DNA of 29,353 nt, from the NCBI GenBank assembly GCA_964439655.1, contig CAYTOW010000001.1:1-29353 (forward strand), given 5' to 3'. Position 1 is the stretch's first letter; every line of letters starts with the position of its first letter. Origin of the DNA: an uncultured Mycoplasmataceae bacterium (GTDB taxonomy: Bacteria > Bacillota_I > Bacilli_A > Mycoplasmatales > Metamycoplasmataceae). The position numbers and the translations under genes are program-made. Positions 1 through 11,324 of the stretch are shown here, one piece after another. The notes under the pieces are model-generated. The model did not search any database. It saw only the letters and a list, made by a program, of their open reading frames with translations, and had not been told where the DNA came from.

Positions 1-1
1 T

Positions 2-475
2 ATTAGGTTTAAAGAATTATTAGGTCAATTCGAAGCCTGAAATTCATCTAAAGAAGATGATTTTGAGAATATTTCGGAAAGTGAAAAAGATAAACTAATA
101 ACTATATTAACTAATCTAGATAAAATAAATTATAGTGTATTAGATAATATGGAATTATATAACGATCATAACGATTATGATGATATACACAATAAAATTA
201 GGGCACTTTTGAGAAATATTAACTCCTTTGTTGTTGGTGGTGATATCGATGATGGTTTTTATGTTGCTTATGATGATTGCATTAATAATCTTGCCGATTG
301 ACTAAATCCATATGGGCTAGGTGCATTACATACGCAACAAAGAAATATTGATACCCAAACTTTATCATTGGCGAGTGAAATTTCTGATTTATTTACTAAG
401 GAATTTAATGGGTTAATTGATAGTCTTCTAAATCCTGAATATTCACTACCAGCAAATCCTAGTACTTCTATATAA
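2..475 (+). CDS. C-terminal part (5'-truncated by window) of a probable paralog of the downstream SGNH-family membrane protein
   Basis: Open in frame 2 under code 4 (IRFKELLGQFEAWNSSKEDDFENISESEKDKLI...PANPSTSI*), TAA at 473-475. DFENISESEKDKLI / ELYNDHNDYDDIHNKIRALL resemble DYEKLSNEEKQNLI / ELLSDDKYNEYKERINAAV in the tail of 912..3599. Confidence 0.6.
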
Positions 476-511
476 GGTGAAACTAGATAAATTCACTAAA
501 GATTAATTAAT

Positions 512-540
512 AAAAAGGCAATCATTTGATTGCTTTTTTT
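512..540 (+). terminator. Rho-independent terminator (possibly bidirectional)
   Basis: AAAAAG-GCAATCA-TT-TGATTGC-TTTTTTT hairpin with T-tract, 36 nt after the upstream stop. Confidence 0.8.
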
Positions 541-668
541 CTTACTAATTTCTAGGTTAAAAGTAATAAAGTATTATTCAAAACAAATTAGATCTTCTTA
601 ATGCATAGAATCTATTATTTAAATAAATAAAATTTATATCTTTAATAGATAAATATTTAAAAGATAAG

Positions 669-703
669 TTGCAAAAGATATAAAATAAGTCTTATTATAT
701 AAT
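669..703 (+). promoter_or_regulatory. Putative sigma70 promoter for leader + SGNH gene
   Basis: TTGCAA (669-674) followed by overlapping TATTAT (693-698) / TATAAT (698-703) -10 candidates. Confidence 0.45.
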
Positions 704-708
704 TACTT

Positions 709-890
709 TATGGTGAGTAGAGGTTTCTATTTAATTTAAATAGAAAAGAATATAAATAAGACCGTCATCATACTGAATTTAAAAGATCTCTTTGGGTAAA
801 AAGAATCTCGCCTATATCTAAGTCAGATTAGATAAACATTAAAGAGTGATTATTTTCAAAACATAGACATATAGCTTTATGCTATAAGAA
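709..890 (+). ncRNA. Candidate structured 5' leader / sRNA of unknown family
   Basis: GGTGAG (712-717) can pair with CTCGCC (807-812), enclosing a hairpin TTTCTATTTAA-T-TTAAATAGAAA (724-746). Further hairpins TATCTAA/TTAGATA (815-834) and ATAGC/GCTAT (~870-884) precede the RBS at 901. Confidence 0.35.
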
Positions 891-911
891 ATATTTTACA
901 AAGGAGTAAAA

Positions 912-3599
912 ATGCAATCAAAATACATATGAATAATAGGGGGACTTTCTACCGCACTTGTTGGAGCCAGTTCAGCAGCTGTAGCTGTTCCTCTAGTAAT
1001 TAAAAACATAGCAACAAATCGTGCACATGATGCACTATCAAACTTTATCGATTTAGATGGTGGTAAACCAGCGGAAATAGATCTTAGCAAAAGATTAAAC
1101 GTTGTTGCCCTAGGTGATTCAATAACTTCAGGGTATAACGGATTTGTAGCAAAAGAAATGTTCTCTTATGCTGATGTTCTTTTTAGAGATCTTAGAGAAA
1201 GTCGTAAAGGGGCACCAACAGAAGAACAAAGACTTGTTACATATCACAACTTCTCTGAAACAGGAGCTAAAATTGGTGATGTAATGAAAACGATAGCTCG
1301 TCCTGATGTTATGTTTAGACTTCATAACTCAGACATTATAACTATTTCAATATCATCAAACGATTTAATGGCAGTAACGAGATTATTTAACATCTACTTT
1401 GATACCGCTAAAGCTCTACTATTTCCAACTGCTAATGCTGGGGAAGCTAAAGCACCAGAGTTTGGAGATGACCCACAAGAGATTAATAAAAACATTAGTG
1501 ATATCTTAAGAAGTATAGGAAGAATACTAACTGCTCCAGATGCTAAAGATGCCTTCCTTATCGATGCACCTAAAATAGGAATTGATGTTATTAAGAATGT
1601 TATTAAACGTGGACTAATGACACTAATGCGTGATCTTCGTCATTTAGCACCTAAGGCACATATTAAATTTATATTCCCTGAATTTCCTTTTGATGGAATG
1701 CCAGATTGATTAATGAATAAAAAATTGGAAGCTATTGGTAATCAAACTTTACCAGAGTTTTATAATCAAACATTTAAATCATTAGTTAAGGAAGCTGTTT
1801 CTTCTGGTTACACAGAATTTATTGACTTCCATGATCTATTTGTTAATGGACTTAAACATCTAAATCACTCTCATGATGACTTTAGAAAAAGATTATATAA
1901 TCGTGAAAAAGAATTCTTTGATCACAGCGACTATCAAAAAATTATTAACAGAGAATTAATGCATAACCTTGCAGATATTCACCCTACAAATATTGGGCAT
2001 CTAATAGCGGGTAACGAATTATTCCGTGAAGTTGCAGATGAGCTTAAAGTTGCAAATCCAAATGATATTTATCAAGGTTTTGATGGAGACTATTGACCAG
2101 GTAAAGTTAATGTACATAGCGACTTCTTTAAAGGCGAGTTCTTAAATGTAGATGAGCTTGCTGATGATGATTCATCTAAAAATATTCATGGTTATGAAGA
2201 AGGTGGTAAAACTACTTTAAGAAATAAATTTGCTCAAGACTCTACAATCCATAAATTCTCAAATGGTATAGTAGATGTTCTATATAAAGGTCATAAAGAT
2301 GGAAATCTAATACCACCTCTATTTGATCTTTTAATGGGATTCCTAGATAAAGGAACTTCAGAAGAACAGATATACAAAATATATACTGAAGCTGATCCTA
2401 GTGATCATACTAAAGTCATTCCAGCCTTAAAAGCTAATACAGGCTCAGCTCTTTTACAAATTATTAACTATGCAACTGAAAAAGAACCAGATACTATCTT
2501 AATGAGCTTTATAATAGATCAATTAAAATTTAGTACTAATGCGGATGCTAATAATGGAGTACTTTCTAAAATATTGAAAAGTGCATTGGGTGGAGATGCT
2601 GGAGGAGTAAATATTCCAGCTACTGATGACTTAGTTAAATATGTTATTACACATCATAATATTAAACCTGTTGATGGTGTATACTCAATTTATAGTGGAT
2701 TAGATGTTAAAGCTGATGTTCAAGCTTATCTTACTGAGGTTCTACCTGTTCTAATGAATGAAATAATGATGAATGACGGTGAAAATTCTCCTAAACTTTT
2801 ACCACTAAAAGATTTATTTGCTCTTTTAAATAATGGATTAGGAGACGACCCTATAACATTTGGGCAAGTATATCAAGGTTGAATATCTAGTCAAAGTAAT
2901 TTAATGGGCATTCTAACTTCTCTACCTAAAGGATTAGTAGATGCACTAACAATAACACCAGATTCAAAATGAGAAGATATTGCAGCAACATTAGACTTAA
3001 TAATTAAAAATGCTAAAGCAATTCATTGTTCAGATGCATATATAAATTGAGTGAAAGATATAAAAACAGAATGAGCTACTAAGTTCCATGAAGTTATGCA
3101 CTCCTTTACAGATGAAGGTATAGAATCAATTGAACAAAGAATAGCAATAGCAGTGAAAACAAGAGATTCTAGCGATTCATTTTTTAAAGATTTTCAGGAT
3201 GCTTATGAAACAATTAAGACTATTCCTAATACCCCAGAAGATTATGAGAAATTATCTAATGAAGAAAAACAAAATCTGATAAAACCTGTACAAACTTATC
3301 TTGATCAACTTGATGAAAAAGCAAAAGAATTATTATCAGATGATAAATACAATGAGTATAAAGAAAGAATTAATGCCGCAGTAACTAAAGCAAGCAGTGA
3401 TTTTATGGTGCTAACAGACCTTAGCTCACTTGCAACAGATTTGAATCAAGAACTTTATGATAAACATCAGAATATAGTAAATGAGATTATAAATGAATTT
3501 ACTGCAGCTAGAGATAAAAAAAGTACTGAATTAGCTGATTACTTCGATATTATCAAAGGAAGACTTTCAGCTGCGCAAAATGAAGATTCTAGAAGATAA
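912..3599 (+). CDS. SGNH/GDSL-family lipolytic hydrolase with N-terminal membrane anchor, 895 aa
   Basis: RBS AAGGAG at 901. Four track ORFs join in frame 3 through TGA codons. N-terminal hydrophobic segment IWIIGGLSTALVGASSAAVAVPLVI; block I VVALGDSITSGY (1113-1121), block III ISISSNDL, block V DIHP (1974-1985); long helical C-terminal region. Confidence 0.85.
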
Positions 3600-3644
3600 A
3601 GTTTAATTTTAAATATATATTTAATAAAATAATATTTAATAGAG

Positions 3645-3668
3645 GCACTAGCACTTGCTAGTGTTTTT
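3645..3668 (+). terminator. Rho-independent terminator
   Basis: GCACTAGCA-CT-TGCTAGTGT followed by TTTTATTTTT, downstream of the stop at 3599. Confidence 0.85.
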
Positions 3669-3870
3669 ATTTTTAATTAATGTCTAACGATGTGATTAAT
3701 AATAAACCTAAAACTTTTATTTAAAGAATATAAATCAGCTTTCTAAAATATCTTTTAAGGCTAACATCTATACTCAATCAAGATTAAAAACATATCCCCA
3801 CTAAAGAACTTTATTCATGCACAATAAATAACTTAAAGTAATTAACTTTCTTTTCTTATAAAATATATGT

Positions 3871-4467
3871 ATGTCACAAATAATATTAATTACAGGTGGT
3901 TCTGCTTCAGGGAAAACTACAGTTGCTGAAATATTATCTGAAGAATCTAAAGGTAATTCATTAGTTATTTCAATGGATTCTTTTTATAAATCTACTGAAA
4001 GTCCCCTAAGTAATTACGATAAACCATCAGCCTTTGATTGAGAAGCTTTTCATAATTTTATTAATGAGATTAAAAAGAATAAAAAAGCAATGCTACCAAT
4101 TTATGATTTTGCTAAACATAAAGTAGTTGCTCATAAAAAAGTAATAGGGAAAGAAAACCTTATTATCGAAGGACTCTTTAGCTTCTATGATTCTGAGATT
4201 GAGTCTTTAGCTGACTTTAAAATTTTTGTTGATACACCTGCTGATATAAGACTTGGGCGTCGTATTCAAAGAGACACTATTGAAAGAGGAAGAAAAATTG
4301 ACGAAATCATTAAGAGGTGAAATAACGATGTTCAACCAGCATATGAAAAATATATATCACCAATGAAAAGAAAAGCAGACATAATAATCCCCTGATGTTC
4401 TATTAATAGAAGATCAACTAGAACTTTAACACTAGCACTTAAAAATTTAAAACAAATTAATCTATAA
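3871..4467 (+). CDS. udk: Uridine kinase, 198 aa
   Basis: MSQIILITGGSASGKTT P-loop, ISMDSFY, DKPSAFDW, IIEGLF, FVDTPADIRLGRRIQRDTIERGR, KADIIIP; read through TGA at 4318-4320; TAA 4465-4467. Confidence 0.93.
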
Positions 4468-4493
4468 TGTAAAAGTAGAAAAGAGGACTTAAT

Positions 4494-5279
4494 ATGAAAG
4501 TTCTATTTATAGGAGATGTTTTTGGTGAACCCGGTATTAAGGGTTTAGAAAAGCATCTTAAAAAAATTAAAATAAAAAACAAAATCGACTTTACAGTTGT
4601 TCAAGGCGAAAATATTAGTGGAAGAAAAGGTTTAATCAAAAAGGATTTTGATCGTTTAGTCAAAGCTGGCGTTGATGCCTTTACAATGGGTAATCATATA
4701 TGAGCTAAAGATGACATTCTTAACTTTATCGACTCACCTAAAATAATTCGTCCATATAACATCGATAGTAGATATCCTGGAAGTGGAAGTAGAGTTTTTA
4801 CAGTTAAAGGACAAAGTATACGTCTAACGTCTTTCCTTGGTATTTCTTTTAACACTTTATACTCAGGTTGAAAACAAGAGACTGCCGATTCTTTCTTTGA
4901 TGCTTTTGATGAAATATATGAAAAGGATGAGGCAAAATATCATCTAATAGATTTTCATGCTGAAACAACTGCAGAAAAAAAGGTCTTTGGTCTTTATGTT
5001 GATGGCAAAGCATCAGCTTTTGTTGGAACTCATACTCATGTCCAAACTGCTGATGAACATATACTGCCAAAAGGCACAGCATATATAACTGATGTTGGAA
5101 TGACTGGACCAGTTGATTGTGCTATTGGTGCTACATATGAGAGTGTTTATAAAAAAATGAGATTTAATTCTAAAAACAGATTTGAAGTCTCAAACAATAG
5201 AGTGGAATTAAATTCAGTTATTATTTCATTTAATAAAAATGGAAACACTATAAAGAGATTAAATAAATCACTTGCCTAG
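4494..5279 (+). CDS. ymdB: YmdB/TIGR00282-family metallophosphoesterase, 261 aa
   Basis: FIGDVFG, GEN, TMGNHIW, DFHAETTAEK, VGTHTHVQTAD, TDVGMTG motifs; TAG 5277-5279. Confidence 0.92.
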
Positions 5280-5300
5280 TTTTTCTTTATAATTTAAAGT

Positions 5301-5450
5301 ATGGCAAAGAGAAAAGTAAAAATAAAAAAAGAGAAAAAACCACTTGCTCCAGGACAAATTAAGATAATGGTATATATCGGTATTATTATTTTGATTTTAG
5401 TTGTAATTGGTTTAACTATTTCAGGTCTTAATTGAGCTGCAAAACAATAA
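5301..5450 (+). CDS. Small single-pass membrane protein, 49 aa (absent from ORF track)
   Basis: MAKRKVKIKKEKKPLAPGQIKIMVYIGIIILILVVIGLTISGLNWAAKQ*: basic N-terminus plus one TM helix; TATAAT at 5288-5293, 7 nt before the ATG. Confidence 0.7.
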
Positions 5451-5465
5451 TATATAAACTTAACT

Positions 5466-5627
5466 TTGAGGGAGTAGTCCTAACCTTTATAGAGAGTCAA
5501 GGATAGTGGAAGCTTGATAAGGTAAAGCTACAAGTTGCAAAGCTAGTTCCATATGGCGCTTAACAGCGATACAGTTAGAGAAGTCCTTCGAGGGTGGTAC
5601 GTTGACCCCTCGAGAGGGACTTTTTTT
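5466..5627 (+). promoter_or_regulatory. T-box riboswitch (Val) with terminator upstream of valS
   Basis: GGGAGTAG, AGAGAG bulge, stem TCAAG/CTTGA with GTGGAAG loop, Val codon candidates GTA (5522-5524) and GAA-GTC (5583-5585), T-box-like AGGGTGGTACG (5591-5601), GC hairpin plus T7 (5621-5627), directly before an aminoacyl-tRNA synthetase gene. Confidence 0.8.
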
Positions 5628-5643
5628 ATATAAAGGAGAAAAA

Positions 5644-8076
5644 ATGGAAAAGAAATTTAATCACAAAATAGTTGAAAAAGATAAGAATAAAAAATGAATA
5701 GAGAAAAAATATTTTTCTTCTCATGGCAAAGGGAAGCCTTTTACTATATTGCTTCCTCCACCTAATGTAACTGGAAAACTACATGCTGGACATGCTTGGG
5801 ATGGATATCTTCAAGATAGCATAATAAGATATAAAAAACTAAAAGGTTATGATGTTATGTATATTCCTGGAATGGATCATGCAGGTATTGCAACACAAGC
5901 TAAAGTAGAATCACTCCTTAAAGAAAAAGGTTTATCTAAGCACGAGATGTCTCGTGAAGAATTTATAAAACATGTTTGGTCTTGAAAAGATGAGTATGCC
6001 TCAATCATTAGAAAACAATGAGGAATTATGGGCCTTGCATTAGATTATGATTCTGAAAGATTTACTTTAGACAAAATTTCAAACGATGAAGTTAATAGAG
6101 TTTTTATTAACTTATATAATCAAGGATTAATCTATAGAGCTGAAAGAGCAATTAATTGAGATCCAAAACTACAAACAACTCTTTCAAACATAGAAGTTAT
6201 AAATAAAGAAACAAAATCTAAAATGTATTATTTTGCTTATCCTCTTCGTAATGGAGGAAAAATTTCTATTGCAACTACACGTCCTGAAACTATGTTTTCA
6301 GATGTTGCTATTGCTATTAATCCCGGAGATAAAAAAAACAAAGATTTAATTGGTAAAGTTGCTATCTCTCCACTAACAAATAAAGAGCTCCCAATTATAG
6401 CCTCAGAATTAATTGAGATAGGAAAAGGAACTGGAGCCATGAAAGTTTCTGCTCATGCTGAGATGGACATCGATATTATTAAAGAAAATAATTTAGAGAT
6501 TATCGAGTGCATCGATAAAAAAGGAAAGATGAATTCTTTAGCAGGAAAACTTGAAGGCATGGATAGATTCAAGGCACGCAGGGAAGTAATTAAGCAATTA
6601 AAAGATGCTTTAATAAAAGAAGAAGATATTCTTAATTCAATTGGCTATTCAGAAAGATCAAATGAAGTTATTGAAACTTTAGTTTCTCTGCAATGATTTA
6701 TAAAAATGGATGGCTTTGCTAAAAAGATAAAAAAGGATTTATCTAGTGATGGCATTAAATTCTTCCCACAACGTTTTGAAGAAACGTTAAAAACATGAAT
6801 GACTAATACTAAGGATTGAGCAATATCAAGACAACTATGATGAGGGCATCAAATTCCAATTTGATATAAAAATGATGAAATTAAAGCACAAGTAGATTCT
6901 CCTGGTAAAGATTGAGTTAGAGATAGTGATGTTCTCGATACATGATTTTCTTCGGGTATAGCTCCTTTCTCATTTTTAAAAGGAAATAAATATAGTAAAG
7001 GAAGATATCCTTCAGATGTTTTAGTAACGGGATACGACATTATATTTTTCTGAGTTGCACGTATGTACTTATTTGGACTTAATGAGAAAAATAAAAAACC
7101 ATTTAACGATGCATTGATACACGGATTAATTAGAGATGAACAAGGACGCAAAATGTCTAAATCACTAGGCAATGGGATTGATCCTATCGAAGTTATCGAT
7201 AAATATGGCTCAGATGCCTTTAGATGATTTTTACTTACAAACTCTTCACCTGGTCAAGATATTAGATATTCAACAGAAAAAATAGAGGCTGCTTGAAAGC
7301 TTGAAAATAAACTTTGGAATATTGCTAGATACATTCAAGATATGCCTGAGGGAGAGCAAACATCGATTGATAGTTGGGCAAAACATCAAGTAAATAAGTT
7401 ATCAAAATCCTTAGACAAATCAATGGATAAATATGAATTCTCAATAGTTGGTCAAGAACTGCAAAGTTTTATCATGGATACTTTTTCTTCTTCATATATC
7501 GAAGGCTCAAAAATAAGACCATCAAGAAAAAATGCAATAGAGATTTTTGCTAACTTTTTAATTCTTCTACATCCCTTTATGCCTTTTTTAACAGATCATC
7601 TATATAAAGCATTAACTTCAAAAGAATTACTTGAATCTAAAATGACTTTAAACAATTCTCTAGAAGTAAAAGAAATTGATAATTCATTTAAAGTAGTAAA
7701 AGCAATTAGAGCCTTTAAAGAAGAAAAAGGAATATCACCAAAAGAGAATATTAATTATTTTATTGGCATTAACATCGATAAAGACCTTATAGAGTTTATG
7801 ACAAAATCTAAATTCAAAAAAAATAACGATCTACCAATCTCAATCGATAAGGAAATTTTATATATCGAATTATCTGATAAACTAAAAGCTTCAGAAATGG
7901 AAGAAGTAAAAAAAGAAATAACTTATCTTGAATCCGAATTATTAAGATCTAATAAATTAATAAGCAATAAATCTTTTGTTGCAAAAGCACCTAAGTCATT
8001 AGTTGAAAAAGAAAAAGAAAAAATAAAATCATTCGAAAAGCAACTAGTAGAACTAAAGAAAAAACTAAAAAATTAG
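5644..8076 (+). CDS. valS: Valine--tRNA ligase, 810 aa
   Basis: RBS AAGGAG; [14 protein letters not shown] (HIGH-like), [49 protein letters not shown]-terminal coiled arm (NKSFVAKAP); continuous in frame 1 under code 4. Confidence 0.97.
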
Positions 8077-8145
8077 ATAAGAATAAATAAAATATTTATT
8101 TACAATTTAATATCAATATTTTTTATTTAATTTATAATTAATATT

Positions 8146-9528
8146 ATGAAAAAAGTTTCGAGTAAAATATCGCCAGTATTTAGGCATCCGCTTAAATATA
8201 TTAAAAAGCAATTAAAATCAAAACCAATTCTTAAGAAAGCTTTATATACGCTTTTACTTCTTTTAATATTTAGAATTGCAGCAACTATCACTATGCCTGG
8301 AGTTCAATCTATTGGTGATTCATTTAAAAATCAAAATTCATTTATCAATGTTATGGACATGATGGGTGGAGGAGCCCTTAGAAGATTCTCAATTGTTGCC
8401 TTAGGAATTTCACCTTACATTACAGCCTCAATTATTATGCAAATGCTTCAAACAGAGGCATTTCCACCAATATATCGATTAGCAACTTCTGGACCAGTTG
8501 GGAAAAGAAAACTTAATATTGCCACAAGAATACTAACAATTGCTTTTGCTTTTATTCAAGCTATTACAATCGTTCAATCACTTAATGGTGGAGGTTTAAC
8601 GTTAATTTCTTCACTTAATCATGGTTGATTTAAATATTTTGTACTGCCAACTATACTTTTAGCTGGATCACTTTTTACTTTATTCTTAGGTGAGCAAATT
8701 ACAGCTAATGGTGTAGGTAATGGCACTTCATTAATTATTTTCTCAGGTATAGCAGTAACTATTCCAACTAAATTTGAAAATGCTTGACTAGAATTTATAA
8801 GCGGAGGAAATAGCACATTTAGTGGAATAATGTGAATGTCTTTATACCTTCTAGTTTTCTTTGGACTTATATGATTAATAGGATATTTATATATCGCTGA
8901 ACGACAGATACCTATTCAACAAACAGGTTCTGGTCTAAATACTAATAAATCACAAATGTCTCGTCTGCCTATTAAACTTAATCCGGCAGGAGTTATGCCA
9001 GTAATTTTTGCATTAATTCTTGCATCGATACCAACTATGGTTTCTCAATTCCTACAAGCACGTAGTCAAGAAAGAGCATGAATTAATGAGCATCTATCGT
9101 TAACTTCTTGAATTGGCTTATTAATATTTATCGTATTAGTATTTATATTTACTTCTCTTATGACGATCGTTACGTTTAATCCTACACGAGTTGCAGAGAA
9201 CTTCAAAAAGAACTCAACATTTATTCCTGGTATACGTCCTGGTATGCAAACTGAAAATTATTTAACATCGGTTGTTCTAAGACTTTCAGTATTTTCTTCA
9301 ATTTATTTATCTGCAATTTCATCGATACAATATATTGCAAGGTCTTGAATAAAATTAAATAGAGGAATTATGTTTAGTGGAACCTCTCTTATAATTTTGG
9401 TTACAGTTGCAATTGAGACTATAAACCAAATGAAGGCAAGATATAAAACAGTTGATTTATCTAGAAAAAAAGAAAACGCAAATAAATCATTATCTTCAGA
9501 TGAATCTACAGAAGGGTTATTATGATAA
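8146..9528 (+). CDS. secY: Preprotein translocase subunit SecY, 460 aa
   Basis: FSIVALGISPYITASIIMQML, GEQITANGVGNGTSLIIFSGI, LPIKLNPAGVMPVIFA, IPGIRPG, GTSLIILV; ends ...EGLLW* (TGA then TAA 9526-9528). Confidence 0.96.
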
Positions 9529-10076
9529 AAAACTTTATATTTTTAGGAGCACCTGGAGTAGGCAAAGGAACAATTGCTTCGTTAGTTTCTGGAGAAAAAG
9601 GATTAGTTCATATCTCAACTGGAGAAATTTTTAGAAAAGAGATAAGAGAACAAACTGATCTTGGAAAGCAAGTTACATCGATACTTGACTCTGGTAAATA
9701 TGTACCTGATAACATTACTAATGCTATCGTTAAGAAAGCAATAGAAACTAAGGAAGCTAAAACTAAAGGATTTATTTTAGACGGATATCCTCGAACTATC
9801 GTTCAAGCAGATTTTCTAAATTCTTTAGGCATTAATGCAACCGCTGTCTTATTAGATGCTTCTGATGAAACTATTCTTTCAAGACTTAGTGGAAGAAATA
9901 GTGGAAGGGCTGATGACAGTCCTGAGGTTATAAAAACTAGATTAAAAGTTTATAACGAAAATACTGCTCCACTTATCAATTACTATAAAGAAAAAAAATT
10001 ACTTGTAACAATTAATGTTGAAGGCACAATTGAAAGTAACTTTAAAAAAGTAAAGGAAAAATTATTTAATGATTAA
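9522..10076 (+). CDS. adk: Adenylate kinase, short (LID-less) type, 184 aa
   Basis: GAPGVGKGT P-loop, HISTGEIFR, GFILDGYPR, RADD, RLKVY; overlaps the secY stop. Confidence 0.95.
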   Translation: MIKNFIFLGAPGVGKGTIASLVSGEKGLVHISTGEIFRKEIREQTDLGKQVTSILDSGKYVPDNITNAIVKKAIETKEAKTKGFILDGYPRTIVQADFLNSLGINATAVLLDASDETILSRLSGRNSGRADDSPEVIKTRLKVYNENTAPLINYYKEKKLLVTINVEGTIESNFKKVKEKLFND

Positions 10077-10818
10077 TATAAAAACTAAAGCTGAACAAGA
10101 TCTAATGCGAGAATCTGGAAAAAAACTTGCTGAAGTTAAGCAGATACTATGAGATATTATTAAACCAGGAATTACTACTAAAGAAATTAACGATATTGCT
10201 TATAAAGAAATTACTGCGCGTAATTGCACACCTTCATTTCTTGGTTATGGTGGTTTTCCAGCAACTGCCTGCATTTCAGTTAACGATGAGTTAATACACG
10301 GAATCCCAAATGACTATGTTCTAAAAGAAGGGGATGTAGTATCGATAGATTTAGGACTAATATGAAAAGGATGACACTCAGATTCAGCCTTTACTAAAGG
10401 TGTAGGGAAAATATCTGAAGATGATAAAAAATTAATTGATGTAGCTAAAAAGGCATTTGAGGCAGGTATTAAAGCAATAAAACCAGGTGCAAGACTTGGT
10501 GATGTTGAGGCAGCAATAGGTGATTATATAACTTCACAGGGAATGTACACTCCTAGAAACTTTGCTGGTCATGGCATTGGCAAGGAACTTCACGAAGAAC
10601 CAACAGTTAATAACTTTGGCATTAAGGGCACTGGACCTGAATTAGTAGATGGAATGGTTATTGCAATTGAGCCAATGATATTACAAAATTCATCAGAAAC
10701 GATAACATTAGACGATAATTGAACTATAATTTCAATAGATGGTTCAAAGACTTCTCATTATGAGCATACAGTCTTAATTAAAAATGGGAAACCAGAATTA
10801 TTGACAGGAGGTATTTAA
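10069..10818 (+). CDS. map: Type I methionine aminopeptidase, 249 aa
   Basis: [17 protein letters not shown] start, [36 protein letters not shown]; TAA 10816-10818. Confidence 0.96.
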
Positions 10819-11030
10819 TGGCTAAAGACGCAATCAAGATGACTGGGATAGTAACTAAAGCTCATTCTACAACAGAGTATGCAGTAGAACTTGAGAATGG
10901 TGTAACTATTAGAGGCATAGTATCTGGGAAAATAAGAGTTTATCACATTAGAATTCTTCCAGGAGATAAAGTTGATGTTGAGATTTCACCTTATGATCTT
11001 ACTAAAGGTAGAATCACATATAGACATTAG
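10818..11030 (+). CDS. infA: Translation initiation factor IF-1, 70 aa
   Basis: [34 protein letters not shown]; TAATG coupling to map. Confidence 0.96.
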   Translation: MAKDAIKMTGIVTKAHSTTEYAVELENGVTIRGIVSGKIRVYHIRILPGDKVDVEISPYDLTKGRITYRH

Positions 11031-11037
11031 TTGATTT

Positions 11038-11064
11038 AAAAAAGCGCATATGCGCTTTTATTTT
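11038..11064. terminator. Bidirectional terminator between convergent infA and rpsT
   Basis: Palindrome AAAAGCGC-ATAT-GCGCTTTT flanked by A/T tracts. Confidence 0.8.
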
Positions 11065-11324
11065 GTTTTTGTTCTTGATAAGTAGGCATCAAGTCTTGAT
11101 GATTTTCTAGCACCATTATTTTTATGGTAAACACCTTTAGAAACAGCTTTGTTAATTTCAGAGTGTGCAAGTGAAATTTTTTTAGTTAATTCTTTATCTT
11201 TATTATCAATTGCTATTTTTGCATTTTTAATAGCAAGTCTAACTCTAGATTTAATAGCTTTATTTCTTGATGTAGCCTTTGCAATTCTTTTAATATTTTT
11301 TTCTTTTGATTTTATATTTGCCAT
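11058..11324 (-). CDS. rpsT: 30S ribosomal protein S20, 88 aa
   Basis: MANIKSKEKNI...RNKAIKSRVR...KAVSKGVYHKNNGARKSSRL; AAGGAG RBS on the minus strand. Confidence 0.96.
   Translation of the reverse strand: MANIKSKEKNIKRIAKATSRNKAIKSRVRLAIKNAKIAIDNKDKELTKKISLAHSEINKAVSKGVYHKNNGARKSSRLDAYLSRTKTK

Noticed and set aside
695-770. Purine riboswitch (TATAAT...ATGG...GTTTCTA...CCGT)
   Set aside because: Loop lengths do not fit, GTTTCTA is tied up in its own hairpin, CCGT is too far away, and there is no GACTA closing element.
3670-3860. Small ORF or RNA in the spacer before udk
   Set aside because: Only ORFs under 20 codons without an RBS and no convincing GC stem on either strand.
5301-5450. secE or secG
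   Set aside because: No SecE KVxWP-like motif, only one TM, and not in the usual secE-nusG or secG-rnr context.
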